From Octopus sinensis (lineage: Eukaryota), in contig NC_043009.1 of the NCBI RefSeq assembly GCF_006345805.1, positions 12,834,001 to 12,898,000 on the forward strand: DNA of 64,000 nucleotides. Reading direction: 5' to 3'. Position 1 is the stretch's first letter; every line of letters starts with the position of its first letter. A program made the position numbers and the translations under genes. Below, in pieces: positions 1 through 13,199 of the stretch. The notes below the pieces were generated by a model. It was not told the DNA's origin. It searched no databases and worked only from the letters and a program-made list of their open reading frames with translations.

Positions 1-620
1 TAATTTGTGTGATGTTTAGTTAATAACTTTCAACTGAAACTAAGTGGGATAATGAATGTTTTATTGGAAGATCTTTCCTTCTTGAACCTTCAGTATTGAG
101 TTAGAATCATGTGAGTACAGTATTTTGGCAATTCCCATTTCTCAAGACTTTGCTTTTCAACTAGCCTACCTCTTGTCTTTGTCTAAATAAATCTATGAAA
201 GAAATCTGTGATTAAATTCGCTCCAGCTGCGTGAGACTTATCTTATTTTCATTATTCATAATATATATTTTTGATCACACTATCCAATATATACTCTCAA
301 GTTTTATAAACGGTAGGATGTGGTTTGAGCGAGATTAAGATATTGCAGGGATATTGAAGCGCTTTTAAAATATGAGAGAATGGTTATTGTAGAAATAACT
401 CTTCCACTTAAACAAGGCGTGAACGAAGCACAATACATACAAAGACACAGACACATACGTACGTATAGAAAAACGAATAAAAGCTGAGGTAATTAAACTC
501 TGCCTTGGTACGGTCACGACCAGTAATAAATCAAAAAGAAAATTACCTGTTATATATCGACCGATATGTTCAATAATCACTACTAGAACCTGCTGCCACT
601 GGGCGGCGTAATTGTATACC

Positions 621-848
621 TATTTCTTTACTACCCACAAGGGACTAAAGACAGAGGGGACAAACAAGGACAGACAAACGGATTAAGTCGATTACATCGA
701 CCCCAGTGCGTAACTGGTACTTAATTTATCGTCCCTGAAAGGATGAAAAGCAAAGTCGGCCTCGGCTGAGTTTGAACTCAGGACGTAACGGCAGACGAAA
801 TATGGCTATGCATTTCGCCCGACCTGCTAACGTTTTTGTCAGCTCGCC
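621..848 (-). mobile_element. tRNA-derived SINE, family A
   Basis: Reverse complement of the ~230-bp unit AGGCGGCGAGCTGGCAGAA...GAGTTCAAATTCC (B-box-like)...GTCGACTTTGCCTTTCATCCTTTCGGGGTCGA...CCCCTTGTGGGTAGTAAAGAAAT found about ten times in the window; flanked by the duplicated sequence GCGTA(A/G)TTGTATAC. Confidence 0.9.
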
Positions 849-1840
849 GCGTAGTTGTATACTATTACATGAAACCTTATACAATGCACCTCTACATTTT
901 CAAAGGAAGTAGTGGGGTCATCTTCTAGGTGGAGATGTATTAGATTTGAAAATGAAACCTATCCTCTTACCGATTGTCTATTTTCCATAGATGAGATACA
1001 TCGAAGCTGAACTTGGCTAAACAACGAGAGATTCACAAACCCCGACTCAACGACAATAACACTCTTCTCGCCAATACACCATCATTTCACAAAACTTGCA
1101 ACAACACAGCTCTTTCAAAATAAAAATGTGCAGCCAAATCTACATCAAATATTACCCAATTACTTTAGGCAGGAGTAAAAAAGTAGTGCCCGTGAATTTC
1201 TACAGGAACTCTGCGATTAGTGGGAAAGTGGGAGAGAAAGATGTCCTCTAACCCGATATCAGGCACGGATGTTAAATTTAGGGTAGACTCTGGTAAAACA
1301 AGCAAAGATCAGGTGGTGGTGTTAAACCATGGGTGGATTAAATCTACCATCCAAGTAGGTAATGGTGAAATTTGAACTCAGAACATTAAAAGCTGGAAAA
1401 ATATTGCTAGGCATACCGTCCAACGAATTTGCCAATTTTATCACCTTAGGCTCGTTCATTATTCAGTGAATCTGGAAGAATGAAAACAAAGTTGACCTAG
1501 GCAAGACTTGAATTTAGAAAGCAAGAAAAATACGCAAGGCATTTTATCCGATGCATGCATTAACGTGCAAAAATATAATATTCCAGAATAAAAACAGAGC
1601 TGTCACGATTAGAAGGTCGAATAATATGTCCTCGAAATGTAGAAACACTTCTTACAATGAGTACGAAAGAAGTGAACTCGAAAGCACCTATAACACCTGT
1701 TTCTTACAGCCAACTTACAAAAAGATCAATAAGCAATAAAATTGACAAATATTCAAGAAAAATACTGGGTTTTGTAGAAAAATTAGCTACAACAATAGCA
1801 ATGAGTCTAACATTTCTATTCAAGAGGTACCATTGATATC

Positions 1841-2072
1841 AAGGCGGCGAGCTGGCAGAAACGTTAGCATGCCGGGCGAAATGCGTAGCCGTATTTCGTC
1901 TGCCGTTACGTTCTGAGTTCAAATTCCGCCGAGGTCGACTTTGCCTTTCATCCTTTCGGGGTCGATTAAATCAGTACCAGTTACGCACTGGCGTCGAAAT
2001 AATCGACTTAATCCCTTTGTCTGTCCTTGTTTGTCCTCTCTGTGTTTAGCCCCTTGTGGGTAGTAAAGAAAT
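1841..2072 (+). mobile_element. tRNA-derived SINE, family A, full length with TSD
   Basis: Complete unit; 16-bp TSD AGGTACC(A/G)TTGATATC at 1825-1840 and 2073-2088. Confidence 0.95.
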
Positions 2073-2143
2073 AGGTACCGTTGATATCGCTTCCGAAAGT
2101 CACAAGTTCACACACAATACACCTTTATATAGTGAAGTGAAAT

Positions 2144-2570
2144 AAGGTGGCGAGTTGGCAGAATAGTTAGCACACCGGGCTAAATGCTTAGCGACATATC
2201 ATTTTGCACCTAGGTCGACTTTTCAAATTGCACCTAGGTCGACTTTGCCTTTCATCCTTTTAGTGTCGATAAAATGATGTAGCAGTTAAGCATAGGGATC
2301 GATGTAACCGACTTACCTCCACTTTCGAACTTGCCTGCCTTGTACCAAAATTTGAAACTAATATATGAATGGGGTTGTGATATGGCAGAATCGTTAGAAG
2401 GTCGGGTGGAATGTGTTGCAATTATTCTTTACGTTCTGAGTTCAAATCTCGCTGTGGTCAATTTTGCATTTCATCTGTCTAGGGGCAAAAAAAAAAGAGA
2501 CAACATTGTAGTACTTAGGTTAATGATATCAGTTTATCTATTCTCTAAAATTGATAACCTTGTGCCTGAA
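2144..2570 (+). mobile_element. two degenerate family-A-related SINE copies
   Basis: AAGGTGGCGAGTTGGCAGAAT...GTCGACTTTGCCTTTCATCC, then a second decayed head ATGGCAGAATCGTTAG...GTTCTGAGTTCAAATC. Confidence 0.7.
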
Positions 2571-3412
2571 TTTATAAAAGTGAATACATTCATGTAAGGT
2601 AAAATTTATATGCTACAGTTTTTTTTTATCAGATACCTGGAATTTTGCACAAAGGCATATCTTTTCAAAGAGAATATTCCAAACTATGTAACTCTTTAAA
2701 ATACTTTCTATAAACCTGAGCAGAATTGTTGCTGATAGTTTGAAAGTAAACACTTAAAACACACAACACACACACACACAAACTATGTAAGCATTACTCA
2801 AACAATCTAATAATTCTGGCCTACAACACCAACGGCGCTAATACGCCTTTATTGAAGCAACATAATTTATCACCACACACGACAGCAAAGCAAAATTTAG
2901 GAAACATTCTTACTACAAGAACATAAAACTTGTAACAATTGCAGCGTGGAAGGTGTTTCTAAGCCATATAAGAAACACACAAAAAGATTTGTCAGTGAAC
3001 AGGTCGCGGTCTCAAAGCGACGAAAATATTTTGACAAATTAAATTTAAATGCTGAAGTGAATCTAACGGTTTTTGTGTGTTTCTTAAATGGCTTATAAAC
3101 ACCTTCCACGCTGCAATTGTTTTCGTTCCAGCACACGATCTCAGATCAGGTCACTTGCTATGCAAGTACATCTGCGTAATAAAACTTGTAGCATTCCAAA
3201 ATATATTTATATCAGATTAGTCGGATCCCTTCAAAACAGGCTCAATTTTCTTTCATATACTAAAACCGGCATTCGGTATAGAGACATCACGGAATGATAT
3301 TCGTTACCTAAAAATGAAACATTATACTACAAAAAACAGGGTTTCAAAGTAACAAAATGAAAAGAGAAAAAATAAGCAGCAAGACTTTAATACTTTAATA
3401 GAATAAACATAC

Positions 3413-3589
3413 AGGATTAGGAGTGGCTGTGTTGTAAGTAGCTTGCTTACCAATCACATGGTTCCGGGTTCAGTCCCACTACGTGGCACCATGGGCAAGT
3501 GTCTTCTACTATAGCTTCGGGCCGATCAAAGCCTTGTGAGGGGATTTGGTAGACGGAAACTGAAAGAAGCCCGTCGTATATAGGTATAG

Positions 3590-3622
<33 letters not shown>

Positions 3623-3856
3623 TATGTGTGTGGTTCTATACGTTTGTCTGTCTGTGTTTGTCCCCCCAACATCGCTTGACAACCGATGCTGGTTTGTTTA
3701 CGTCCTCGTAACTTAGCGGTTCGGCAAAAGAGAGACCGATAGAATAAGTATTAGGCTTACAAAGAATAAGTCCCGGGGTTGATTTGCTCGGCTAAAAAGG
3801 CGGTGCTCCAGCATGGCCACAGTCAAATGACTGAAACAATTAAATGAGTAAAAGAG
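3413..3856 (+). mobile_element. tRNA-derived CORE-type SINE, family B
   Basis: GGAGTGGCTGTG..GTAAGTAGCTTGC...GGTTCAGTCCC head, GTGGCACC.TGGGCAAGTGTCTT CORE-like block, internal (TA)n/(TG)n, tail GGCGGTGCTCCAGCATGGCC...GTAAAAGAG; six copies in the window. Confidence 0.9.
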
Positions 3857-4596
3857 TATATGTAGTACCACCACCGAGGCACATACCACAAGTATAGTAC
3901 TTTAACATAATCTTGAAAACTCTATCATCAGAGAGACTTTAATGCACTCAATACTGGTTCTCAAACAGTGCAGATAACAAAGAAATAACATAACAATATA
4001 GAACATAAACATTCCTTTAGCTTTCACAGTTGCTTGGCAAGCAATGTCACCAACTTTCTCCTTCGGCCTTCTCATGATTTTCGCAATACATTCGCGTATC
4101 AATGAAAAGAAAAGCAAAAACCATCTATAAAATGAAAGGAAAAGCAGAACTAAAAGATTTCAATCAAAATACAGAATTAAGGCTTTCAAAATTCCAGTCA
4201 CCAGCTTAGACAACACTACGTTCATACAATCAACAAAATAATTATAGCCGCACAAAAGCCTTAAGAGAAAAGAAACAAACATAATAAAGAAATCAAAATG
4301 TGACATAGAAACGTATTCTATTAGCAAAAACAAAAACAAAAAACAAAACAAACAAACAAAAATCCCAGAAAACATAAGAGAACCAAAATAGAGTCTCAAT
4401 TACACGTCATGAAATAATCAACCTCATTAACTCCAGGGACAGTTTCAAACACAATTCGCCAAAATCACATAGCTGAAATAAATTACAATATCAAACAGCT
4501 AAATAAAGGAATAAAAAACCCACAAAAACGTAACAAAACGTAAAACTGACAACTGTTTATATCCACCATAACCCAAATATCAAACAGTTAAGACCA

Positions 4597-4608
4597 ATAT
4601 ATATATAT

Positions 4609-4644
<36 letters not shown>

Positions 4645-4668
4645 GAATATAATATATAACATATATAT

Positions 4669-4700
<32 letters not shown>

Positions 4701-4832
4701 GTATACATATATGTATAAATATATTATATATATAATAATATATATATATGTATATATATATATGGTATATATATTATAATATATATATATAATTATATAT
4801 ATCTATATATATATATATATATATACACATAC

Positions 4833-4880
<48 letters not shown>
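4597..4880. repeat. (TA)n microsatellite (imperfect)
   Basis: Direct reading; one of many (TA)n tracts (also about 5535-5580, 5680-5860, 11150-11290, 16792-16880, 28510-28590, 34397-34470, 41740-41833, 51105-51170). Confidence 0.95.
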
Positions 4881-4883
<3 letters not shown>

Positions 4884-5109
4884 TTTACTACCCACAAGGG
4901 GCTAAACATAGAGGGGGTCAAACAGGACAGATAAAGGTATTAAGTCGATTAAATCGACCCCAGTGCGAAACTGGTACTTTATTTATCGACCCGGAAAGGA
5001 TGACAGGCAAAGTCGACCTCGGCGGAATTTGAACTCAGAACGTAACGGCAGAGGAAATACGGCTACGCATTTCGCCCGGCATGCTAACGTTTCTGCCAGC
5101 TCGCCGCCT
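4881..5109 (-). mobile_element. tRNA-derived SINE, family A
   Basis: Reverse-complement match to the family-A unit; the 3' end runs into a (TA)n tract. Confidence 0.93.
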
Positions 5110-5260
5110 CGTATGTATATATGTATATACATACTTACACACACACACGCACGCACACACACACATATATGTATATGTATGTGTATAAATATGTATATAT
5201 GCCGCTTATCAAACAGTAAGACAATCTATCTATCTATGTATCTATATGTCTGTCTGCCTG

Positions 5261-5332
<72 letters not shown>

Positions 5333-5531
5333 ACTATAGTGAAATCAGACAAAGAAGAACAAACATGAAAAAACAACAGTGTGAGGACGTGGTACAAGTA
5401 ATGTATTATTAGACGCTAAGGAAAGGAAAGAAAGACGATTTAACGTTTCGAGCAAAGATCTTCTTTAATAGATATAGGGAAGTCCAAAGAAAGAAGACGG
5501 AGGAAGAAAATCGCCAACGATTCACATGTGA

Positions 5532-5582
<51 letters not shown>

Positions 5583-5679
5583 ATAATAACATAATTTAGG
5601 AGTAAATCCAAACTTACAGGGAAAAATTAGATTTAGGATTTTTGATTTGCCTAATAGTGGTTTTATCTCTAATTTAATG

Positions 5680-5733
<54 letters not shown>

Positions 5734-5859
5734 ATATATATATATTGATATATATATATTATATATATATATATTGTATATATATATATGAATATATATA
5801 TATGTATATATATAGAGTATGTATATATATAGATGAATATATAATATGTATATATATAT

Positions 5860-6259
5860 GAGTTGAGTGTAGAAATTCGGGGTGAGTACTTGATAATTAT
5901 AAGCACTTGTGTATACCGTTTGGTGGTGTAGGTGGTGGAGTAAATTGATCAAAATAAAAATAAAAAATAAAAACATGAGGCGAAGGATTCAGCGGTACAT
6001 ATGTTTCGGGCCTTTATTAGACAGATTCATAACAAATCATAATGTATGTCTGTGGCCTTCTTCAGCCGCGCACAACAGCTTCCACAAGGACATGTGTTAC
6101 TTCCAACACATGTCCTTGTGGAAGCTGTTTGTGCGCGGCTGAAGAAGGCCACAGACATACATTATGATTTGTTATGAATCTGTCTAATAAAGGCCCGAAA
6201 CATATGTACCGCTGAATCCTTCGCCTCATGTTTTTATTTTTATTTTTATTTTGATCAAT
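5860..6259. mobile_element. Penelope-like (PLE)-derived foldback element between (TA)n tracts
   Basis: Near-perfect palindrome 5944-6259 (arms about 155 bp, 6-nt loop ACTTCC) with a hammerhead motif in each arm; (TA)n on both sides. Confidence 0.75.
6135..6212 (+). ncRNA. type I hammerhead ribozyme motif (mirror copy on the - strand at 5992-6069)
   Basis: Stem I GCGG/CCGC, core CTGAAGA, stem II (A)GGCC...GGCC(C), GAAA, palindromic stem III ACATATGT, cleavage triplet GTA. Confidence 0.75.
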
Positions 6260-6602
6260 GTATATATATATGTATATATATATATATGTATATATATATA
6301 AAGAGAGAGAGAGAGAGAGAGAGTAATTGGCATTGTTAGCAACAACTGTCACACTTCATTGAATGTCTCTACAAATTATAAATAATCTTCCTACACCAAG
6401 AAAACGCACTTAGACTCTGCTCGAAAACCAGCCTTAAATACAGACACAAAAATGTCTGAATCTGAGAAACCAATAAGTACACACCTTCAATTTATACCAC
6501 GCTTTGACAAAATCTCTCTAACAGACACCCCAAAGGAAACCTAAAGCTTAAAATCCAGCAAGGGCAGATAAAATGTAAACCCTAAACATGAATCACCTAG
6601 GG

Positions 6603-6866
6603 CAATGATAATCGACCGGCGTCCATATGACCCATGAGATTCGATATGACCCTTAGAATTCTGTTTGTCACTTGGAGATCCATGCAAGATTTTGTTAAAA
6701 CTTATATGCGATAAATCGGTTATAATTCTACAACATACACTTCCTAATAATATGAAATTATAAAAATATGTGATTTTTAAAACATTGAATGGCTACGGGG
6801 TTCTATCCAAATAAAGTAGAAATCAAAGGGGACCGTAGGTAACAATTGGTTAAGAAATTCTACTGC
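6603..6866. mobile_element. degenerate hAT-like MITE
   Basis: Ends CAATGATAATCGACC... and ...GGTTAAGAAATTCTACTG resemble decayed CAGTGGTTCTCAACC-type TIRs; subterminal GTCCATATGACCC / GGGGACCGTAGG motifs. Confidence 0.4.
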
Positions 6867-7640
6867 TAACATCTACAACTTCATGTACTGAAGTTGTTAT
6901 ATTCCCACGTCTTGGGACTGGACAAGACGAATTCATCCAATTACTCTACTCGTCACTAAAATAACACAGAAAATACACGAATGTTTCAACAAGAAAAAAG
7001 AAAGAAAATCTCTTAAAAATCTCTTAAAGACACCTCACTGACTGCTATTGGTATTATGAAAGCAATCTCTTTAAAAGAAATAACACAAAACCCGGATGAG
7101 CAAACTACGTCTCAGACAGCCAACCTATAGTGTGTACAATGATAGAACTTTAAGAACCTGAAGTTTCCCGAATTGTAGGCAATAAGTACCCGAACTTACA
7201 CAGAATATTTTCAACTTTTAGCTAGGTAGCCTCCAAACACATACTTAAAGCAATCACAGATGCCACGTTTGGCCAAAGAAAAAAAATGAAAAAACAAAAA
7301 ACAAACGAAAAACACGTTGCACAAACAATATGTCAGATCCCGCATGACTCTTCATAACAAATCAATAAACTTCAAAGAACAAAACCGGCTCACTCTGCTA
7401 TTTGTACTCCTTGTACACCTTGTATGTTGTACACAGACTACATTTGAAAGCTACTACAGAGCAATATTGAAATACTGAAAGACTGGAAGACAGTCTATAT
7501 ATTCAAAGGGGAAATTTGTTGCTGTTGTTGTATTGGAGATATTACAGCCACAGTACTTATGACTTCAAAAGAATCTACCTCCAAGTATGCAGATATATTT
7601 GCAATATCCCAGAGCATTACCACAACATACTAAAACACTC

Positions 7641-7667
7641 TACCCCGTTCAGTCGGGGTAAATCTAG
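7641..7667 (+). mobile_element. possible Helitron 3' terminus
   Basis: Hairpin TACCCCG-TTCAGT-CGGGGTA followed by AATCTAG|T; no 5' end identified. Confidence 0.4.
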
Positions 7668-7685
7668 TAAAACACACACGCATGC

Positions 7686-7730
<45 letters not shown>

Positions 7731-8002
7731 AAGAGATAGGGAGAGAAGGAGAGAGAAAGAGAGAGGGAGAGTGGGAGTGCGTGCACGGGAAAGAGAGTTC
7801 CTGAAGGAGGGTTAGAAACGTAACATTGACAAACTTATAAAACCCAAATAGTATAGCCAGATGCTAACCACCGACAATATGCATAGAGAAGCGCACTCAG
7901 ACTGAATGCACATTGCCCTTCTCCGCAGGAACCAATAACAAAATCCACAATTGATCTGAAGTAAAATAGACAGTGAAGTGGGTGTAATATGTTCAAACTG
8001 TG

Positions 8003-8630
8003 AGGCAGTGAGTTGGCAGAATCGTTAGCACGCCGGGCGAAATGCGTGCCATATTTCGTCTGGAGCTACGTTCTGAGTTCAAATTCTGCCGAAGTCGACT
8101 TTGCCTTTCACCCTTTCGGGGTCGATAGATTAAGTACCATTTACGCACTGGGGTCGATATAATCGACTTAATCCATTTGTCTGTCCTTGTTTGTCCCCTC
8201 TGTGTTTAGCCCCTTGTGGGTAGTAAAGAAATAGATATTTCGTCTGCTTCTACGTTCTGAGTTCAAATTCCGCCGAGGTCGACTTTGCCTTTCATCCTTT
8301 CGGGTTCGATTAAATAAGTACCAGTTACGTACTGGGGTCGATATAATCGACTTAATCCGTTTGTCTGTCCTTGTTTGTCCTCTCTGTGTTTAGCCCTTTG
8401 TGGGTAGTAAAGAAATAGGTATTTCGTCTGTCTTTACATTCTGAGTTCAAATTCCGCCGAAGTCGAATTTGCCTTTCATCCTTTCGGGGTCGATAAATTA
8501 AACACCAGCTGCGTACTGGGGTCGATCTAATCGACTGGCCGCCTCCCCTCAAATTTCGGGCCTTTTGTCAAGAGTAGAAAAGAGTCGTTAGCACGCCGGG
8601 CAAACTTCTCAGCGACATTTCGCCCGTCTT
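8003..8630 (+). mobile_element. tandem/nested array of family-A SINEs
   Basis: Three consecutive units rejoining at AAATAG(G/A)TATTTCGTCTG (about 8231 and 8415), then a further head fragment at 8585-8630. Confidence 0.9.
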
Positions 8631-10296
8631 TAAGATATGGATAATTGGGAAGATGGATGTATGAATCGCTGACTATTTGCCTGCCACAGAACTACTTGAT
8701 CAGGAATGTGGACATAAGAACAGCAATATACACACAGCAGAGCCAACAAAGGAGGCTCGATTGCGAGTATAATTTACTGTATCGATCGATATGCTAGAAA
8801 TCATCGTCAAATCTTCCTCACAATATACTTCGTCTTGAAAATTGAAAAACAGAGAAACATGATAAAATGCTCTTAAAAAAACTGTGAAGCGCTAACTGAA
8901 TATAAAAATGTGAAAGAAGTAGAGGCCAGAAAATTCATATTCGGAATATCTTTGATCAAAGCTTGCTAATTCAAAACTCAGCTGAAGCTAAATAAAAACC
9001 AACGATAATAGCAAAAGCGATGACAGTCATAACATCAAGAACATTATAAATGATTGGCAGCTAGTTCCCTCAACAACACCAACAACAACGTGTGGGTGTG
9101 TCGCAAGCAAGCAAAATAAGCAAACGAAAGAACAACACATGCTGGTTTCCGATTGCAGGACTATGTGGTGTGATAGGTCTAAGTAATAGATATAGCCTCG
9201 ACAACAATAATGAATAGTGAGAGATTTATCATATCTCTCACTGAAAAACACTGGCATAGTAAATGCATAACAGACACAATGTATATGAAATAGTAGAGAG
9301 AAAATATTTGTGGTACAAATAACGAAGTAGATACCAAGTGGAAGGCTTCCTACTGTTATTCATTGTTAAGCCTTGTTGTGGCTGTCGTGATTGTAGTCGC
9401 TGTTAATGGTAGTTGTGACGATAGTGGTTGTGGTGATGGTGATGGTGGTGGTGGTGGTGGTAGTGCGTTGTTGCCGCAGTGGCAACGGTTGTAATGGCTG
9501 TAGTAAGCAGTGAAGCTGGTTGTGGCGGTTGTTGTTGATTGTTGTTGGATATGTTTTTTGAACGCGGCGTTGCTGCTGTTTGATTGGTGGAGTCTGTGAG
9601 GATGGTTGCGATAGTGTGGGTGATGGTTGTGGAGGACTTGCGGTGACAGCGATTGGAAATCGTGGCGGGACTCTGTGTGTGTGTGTGTGTGTGCGTGATA
9701 GAGACAGAGAGAAAGTGAGAGAGAGAGAGTTTGCTTCTAAATTACTTAGGACATACCTACATACAAACTCGCGTTAATTCACAAACACCATACACACACA
9801 ACACACAATTTAGAGAGATATATCTGTGCGGTATGTATGTATGTATGTATGTATATTCATATATATATATGTATGTATATATGTATATAGATATATATAT
9901 ATATTATATATATATATATATATATACTTTGATACTTTATATATCGGCATATTCCAGGCCATGTCTAACTAATACACCACGTGTACACATCGTCCACTTT
10001 TCTGTCCACGTATACATTCGATTCTTTTTAGAAATCTAATATCGATAGCTTATAGTTTTCCTTATCCATATGAGCAATCAGATTAATCATCCGAAATGCG
10101 ACGATGATCCGGTTCTGACTGAAGATTAGAGGCTTCGAATGACCCGTCCGTTTTTTGTATCGTTCATTTGTTTTGCGTTCTGTCCCATTTGTATTTAATA
10201 TCTATATTATATATAATATATATATATATATATTATATATATATATTATATATATGTATAATATAAATATATATATGTATATATGTACATTGTATA

Positions 10297-10692
10297 TTCT
10301 TTATTCTTTTACTTGTTTCAGTCATTGTGACTGCGACCAAGCTGTGGCTCTGCCTTTAGTCGAACAAATCGACTTATTCTTTGTAAGCCTAGTACTTATT
10401 ATATCAGTCTCTATTGCCGATCCGCTTAGTTACGAGGACTAAACATACCAACACTGTATTTGTTAAGCGTGTGGTGGTGGGGATACACAGGCACATACGC
10501 ACAAAAACATACTTTTATATATATATATATATATACGACGGGCTTCTTTCAGTTTCCGTCTACCAAATCCACTCACAAGGCTTTGGTCGGCCTCGAGACT
10601 TTAGCAGAAGATACTAGCCCACTACGAGTGGGACTGGACCTGGAACCAGTGGTTGGGAAGTAAGCTTCTTACCACACAGCCATGCCTGTGCC
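10297..10692 (-). mobile_element. SINE family B
   Basis: Reverse complement of the family-B unit, including the internal (TA)n. Confidence 0.88.
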
Positions 10693-10740
10693 CACATATA
10701 TACATACATGCATGCATGCATGCATACATACATACATACA

Positions 10741-10772
<32 letters not shown>

Positions 10773-11171
10773 CATATACCCACAAATATATACACACACA
10801 CTTATATCTGATGAGAGAGAGAGAGAAGAAGAGGAGAGAGAAAGAGAGAGAGGGAGAGAGAGAAAGAGAGAGAGAGAGAGAAATGCAGATGGAAGAGAGC
10901 AATGGATAAGAAATGAGAATTAAAGGAGGAAATCAGAGGACTCTTAACACATTTGGGGGAAAAGTTTGTGAGCAGAAGATAAATTGGAACATGTATTAAG
11001 ATAATGTGAAAGAGACCTCTTTGCATAGCTCTCTGTTTATATTTGTTTTTGTGTGTTGTTTGTGCGCACAGGTCTGTCTTTCTATCTAGCTTATTGTTGT
11101 TATTGCCGTTAGGTTCCCGTTATATACATATATACATACATAAAAATAGTATATATAATATATATATAATA

Positions 11172-11218
<47 letters not shown>

Positions 11219-12338
11219 CATATATACATATATATACATTTATATACATATATATAATATATGTATATATATATTATATATATATATACATCTGTTTGTT
11301 TTGTACATCACCTATTTTCGTCTTTTGTTGTTGTTTTTTCGTAAACTCTCCCTATATATATATATATATATATGTATATGTATATATATACACATATATG
11401 ATATATCTATAAATATATGTATATATACGTGTACATATATATAAATATGTATGTGTGTGTGTGTGTGTGTGTGGTTGTATATGTATGTGATGGCATCGAT
11501 ATTTTCATTTACGGGCATCATTCACTGTGACTGCAAAGCCATACCGAGAGACATCTAAATGACATTCCTTAACCGATATAATTTATCTTATTGACCGCGC
11601 TCAGTCTTTCCTTCAAGTAATAATTCTATCAACTCGGTCGAAATCTCTAAGACTTGAGTAACAGGACAGAAAATATACTAAATATACTGCAGCTGTGTAA
11701 ATTTGAAACACTATCAAGCATAGTCGTATAAACAAATTAAAATAAAAGTATAGGGGTTTCCGTCGGTGTCGACTATAAGTGTTTAGCCGTTTGATCAACT
11801 AATCACAGAATTTATCTGTTAGTGACTGAATATTCCACAGTCATGTACCTTTGATCTAAATTTCATACAGAATTAGTGTAGTTCACCGTCTGACAATGTT
11901 GTATCTAGAATTTTAGGTTCAGTCATGCAACGGACTCCTGAACAGTTCCTTTCGAATGTAGAGAGATTTATTTATAAGGTTTGGCTCTGTCTGAGACTAT
12001 GGTAACTGGTACAAGAGCAAAACAAAACCAGGTTACGGGGGTCCATAACTCGGTTTTGTTTTGCTCTTGTAAATAATGGAAGGACTACCTCACGGAAGCG
12101 AACTCGTAGTTTATTAGCTAGAGGTTGGAATCTAGCTTAACCGAAGATGTAACAAATCTGTTCCGCCCTCAAATCCGCGGATGGCTTTATCTTCAAAGAT
12201 AAAACAATACAGGTAAATGAGCCTCAGTATCTTGCGGGTCAATCGGACCGCTTCATGTCGGCGAGGCAAAATCCGAACGATCAGAGGCTGCTAAAAATCT
12301 CAGGTACCCAAAGGCCGCCGAGGAATCGGACAACAACC

Positions 12339-12533
12339 CTTGCCATATGTACCTACAACTGCAAGTCTTTTGCAGAGAGAACGAGAAAGACCCATCTAAT
12401 GGGAAATAAAAATTAAATCAAATGCAATGTGCTAGGACACTGTGAAACATGCCGAAGGAAATAAATAATTGTGAGATGGACTGATGGACGTGTCGTGAGA
12501 CTGGGAAAAGCGAAAGGTGCAAGAGAAACAGGT
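12339..12533 (+). pseudogene. RTE-clade LINE AP-endonuclease N-terminal fragment
   Basis: Translation LAICTYNCKSFA...IKCNVLGHCETCRRK*IIVRWTDG matches APE motifs I (TxNxR) and II (D/N-xxGLxET); two stops. Confidence 0.7.
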
Positions 12534-13199
12534 AATATATGAATAAATTGAAGGGATATTGTGCCGATCTACTCCCAGAACTAAATTTTTTTACTGAGAA
12601 ACAATTATATTAACAAACCAAAACAGGTGAAATATTCAAAAAGAGATGAAATTAAGTTTCATCCAAATAATATGAACGATGATAGAACAATGTGGTTTCA
12701 CAGTTAGCGACATTCCAACTGATACCATACTGCCAGCCAACCCAACTAAATTTAAGGCTGAGGCAACTGATCCCTGTTCCACTACTACTATGATAAATAG
12801 CAGGCACAACTTTGATAATGTCTGTATCGATGGTGAAGGATATATCGAAGAAATATGTCCTTGATAAGATTTTTCTAGAAAAATATAATTTTGGCTTTGA
12901 AATACTCTTTCAGAGAATATCATTTACCAAAGCATAAAAACAACAAAAAACAAAGACAAAAGAAAACAAACAAGCAAAAACCCCACCAGAAAATGTTTTA
13001 AGAGCTATTAACGAAATTCGAGAGGAGTTCTTGCAGCAAGGTAATGTACCTTCACCTCTGTAGATTAACGCATGTTTATGTGTTGTCTGCTACCGACAAA
13101 GCAATGCATGAACGGTGCTTTAAAATATAAATAATAAATGAGTGGAAATGGAACCGGTGAGTGTGTTAAATAATCAGGCATTAAGACAACATGACTCTC

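Noticed and set aside
4963-5412. ORFs starting MRNWY...RQSRPRRNLNS (also 8352, 17108, 31830)
   Set aside because: They are antisense translations of the family-A SINE running into microsatellites, not genes.
6900-7400. Possible highly decayed PLE ORF; also a possible RTE remnant at 23200-23900
   Set aside because: Too degenerate to assign with confidence.
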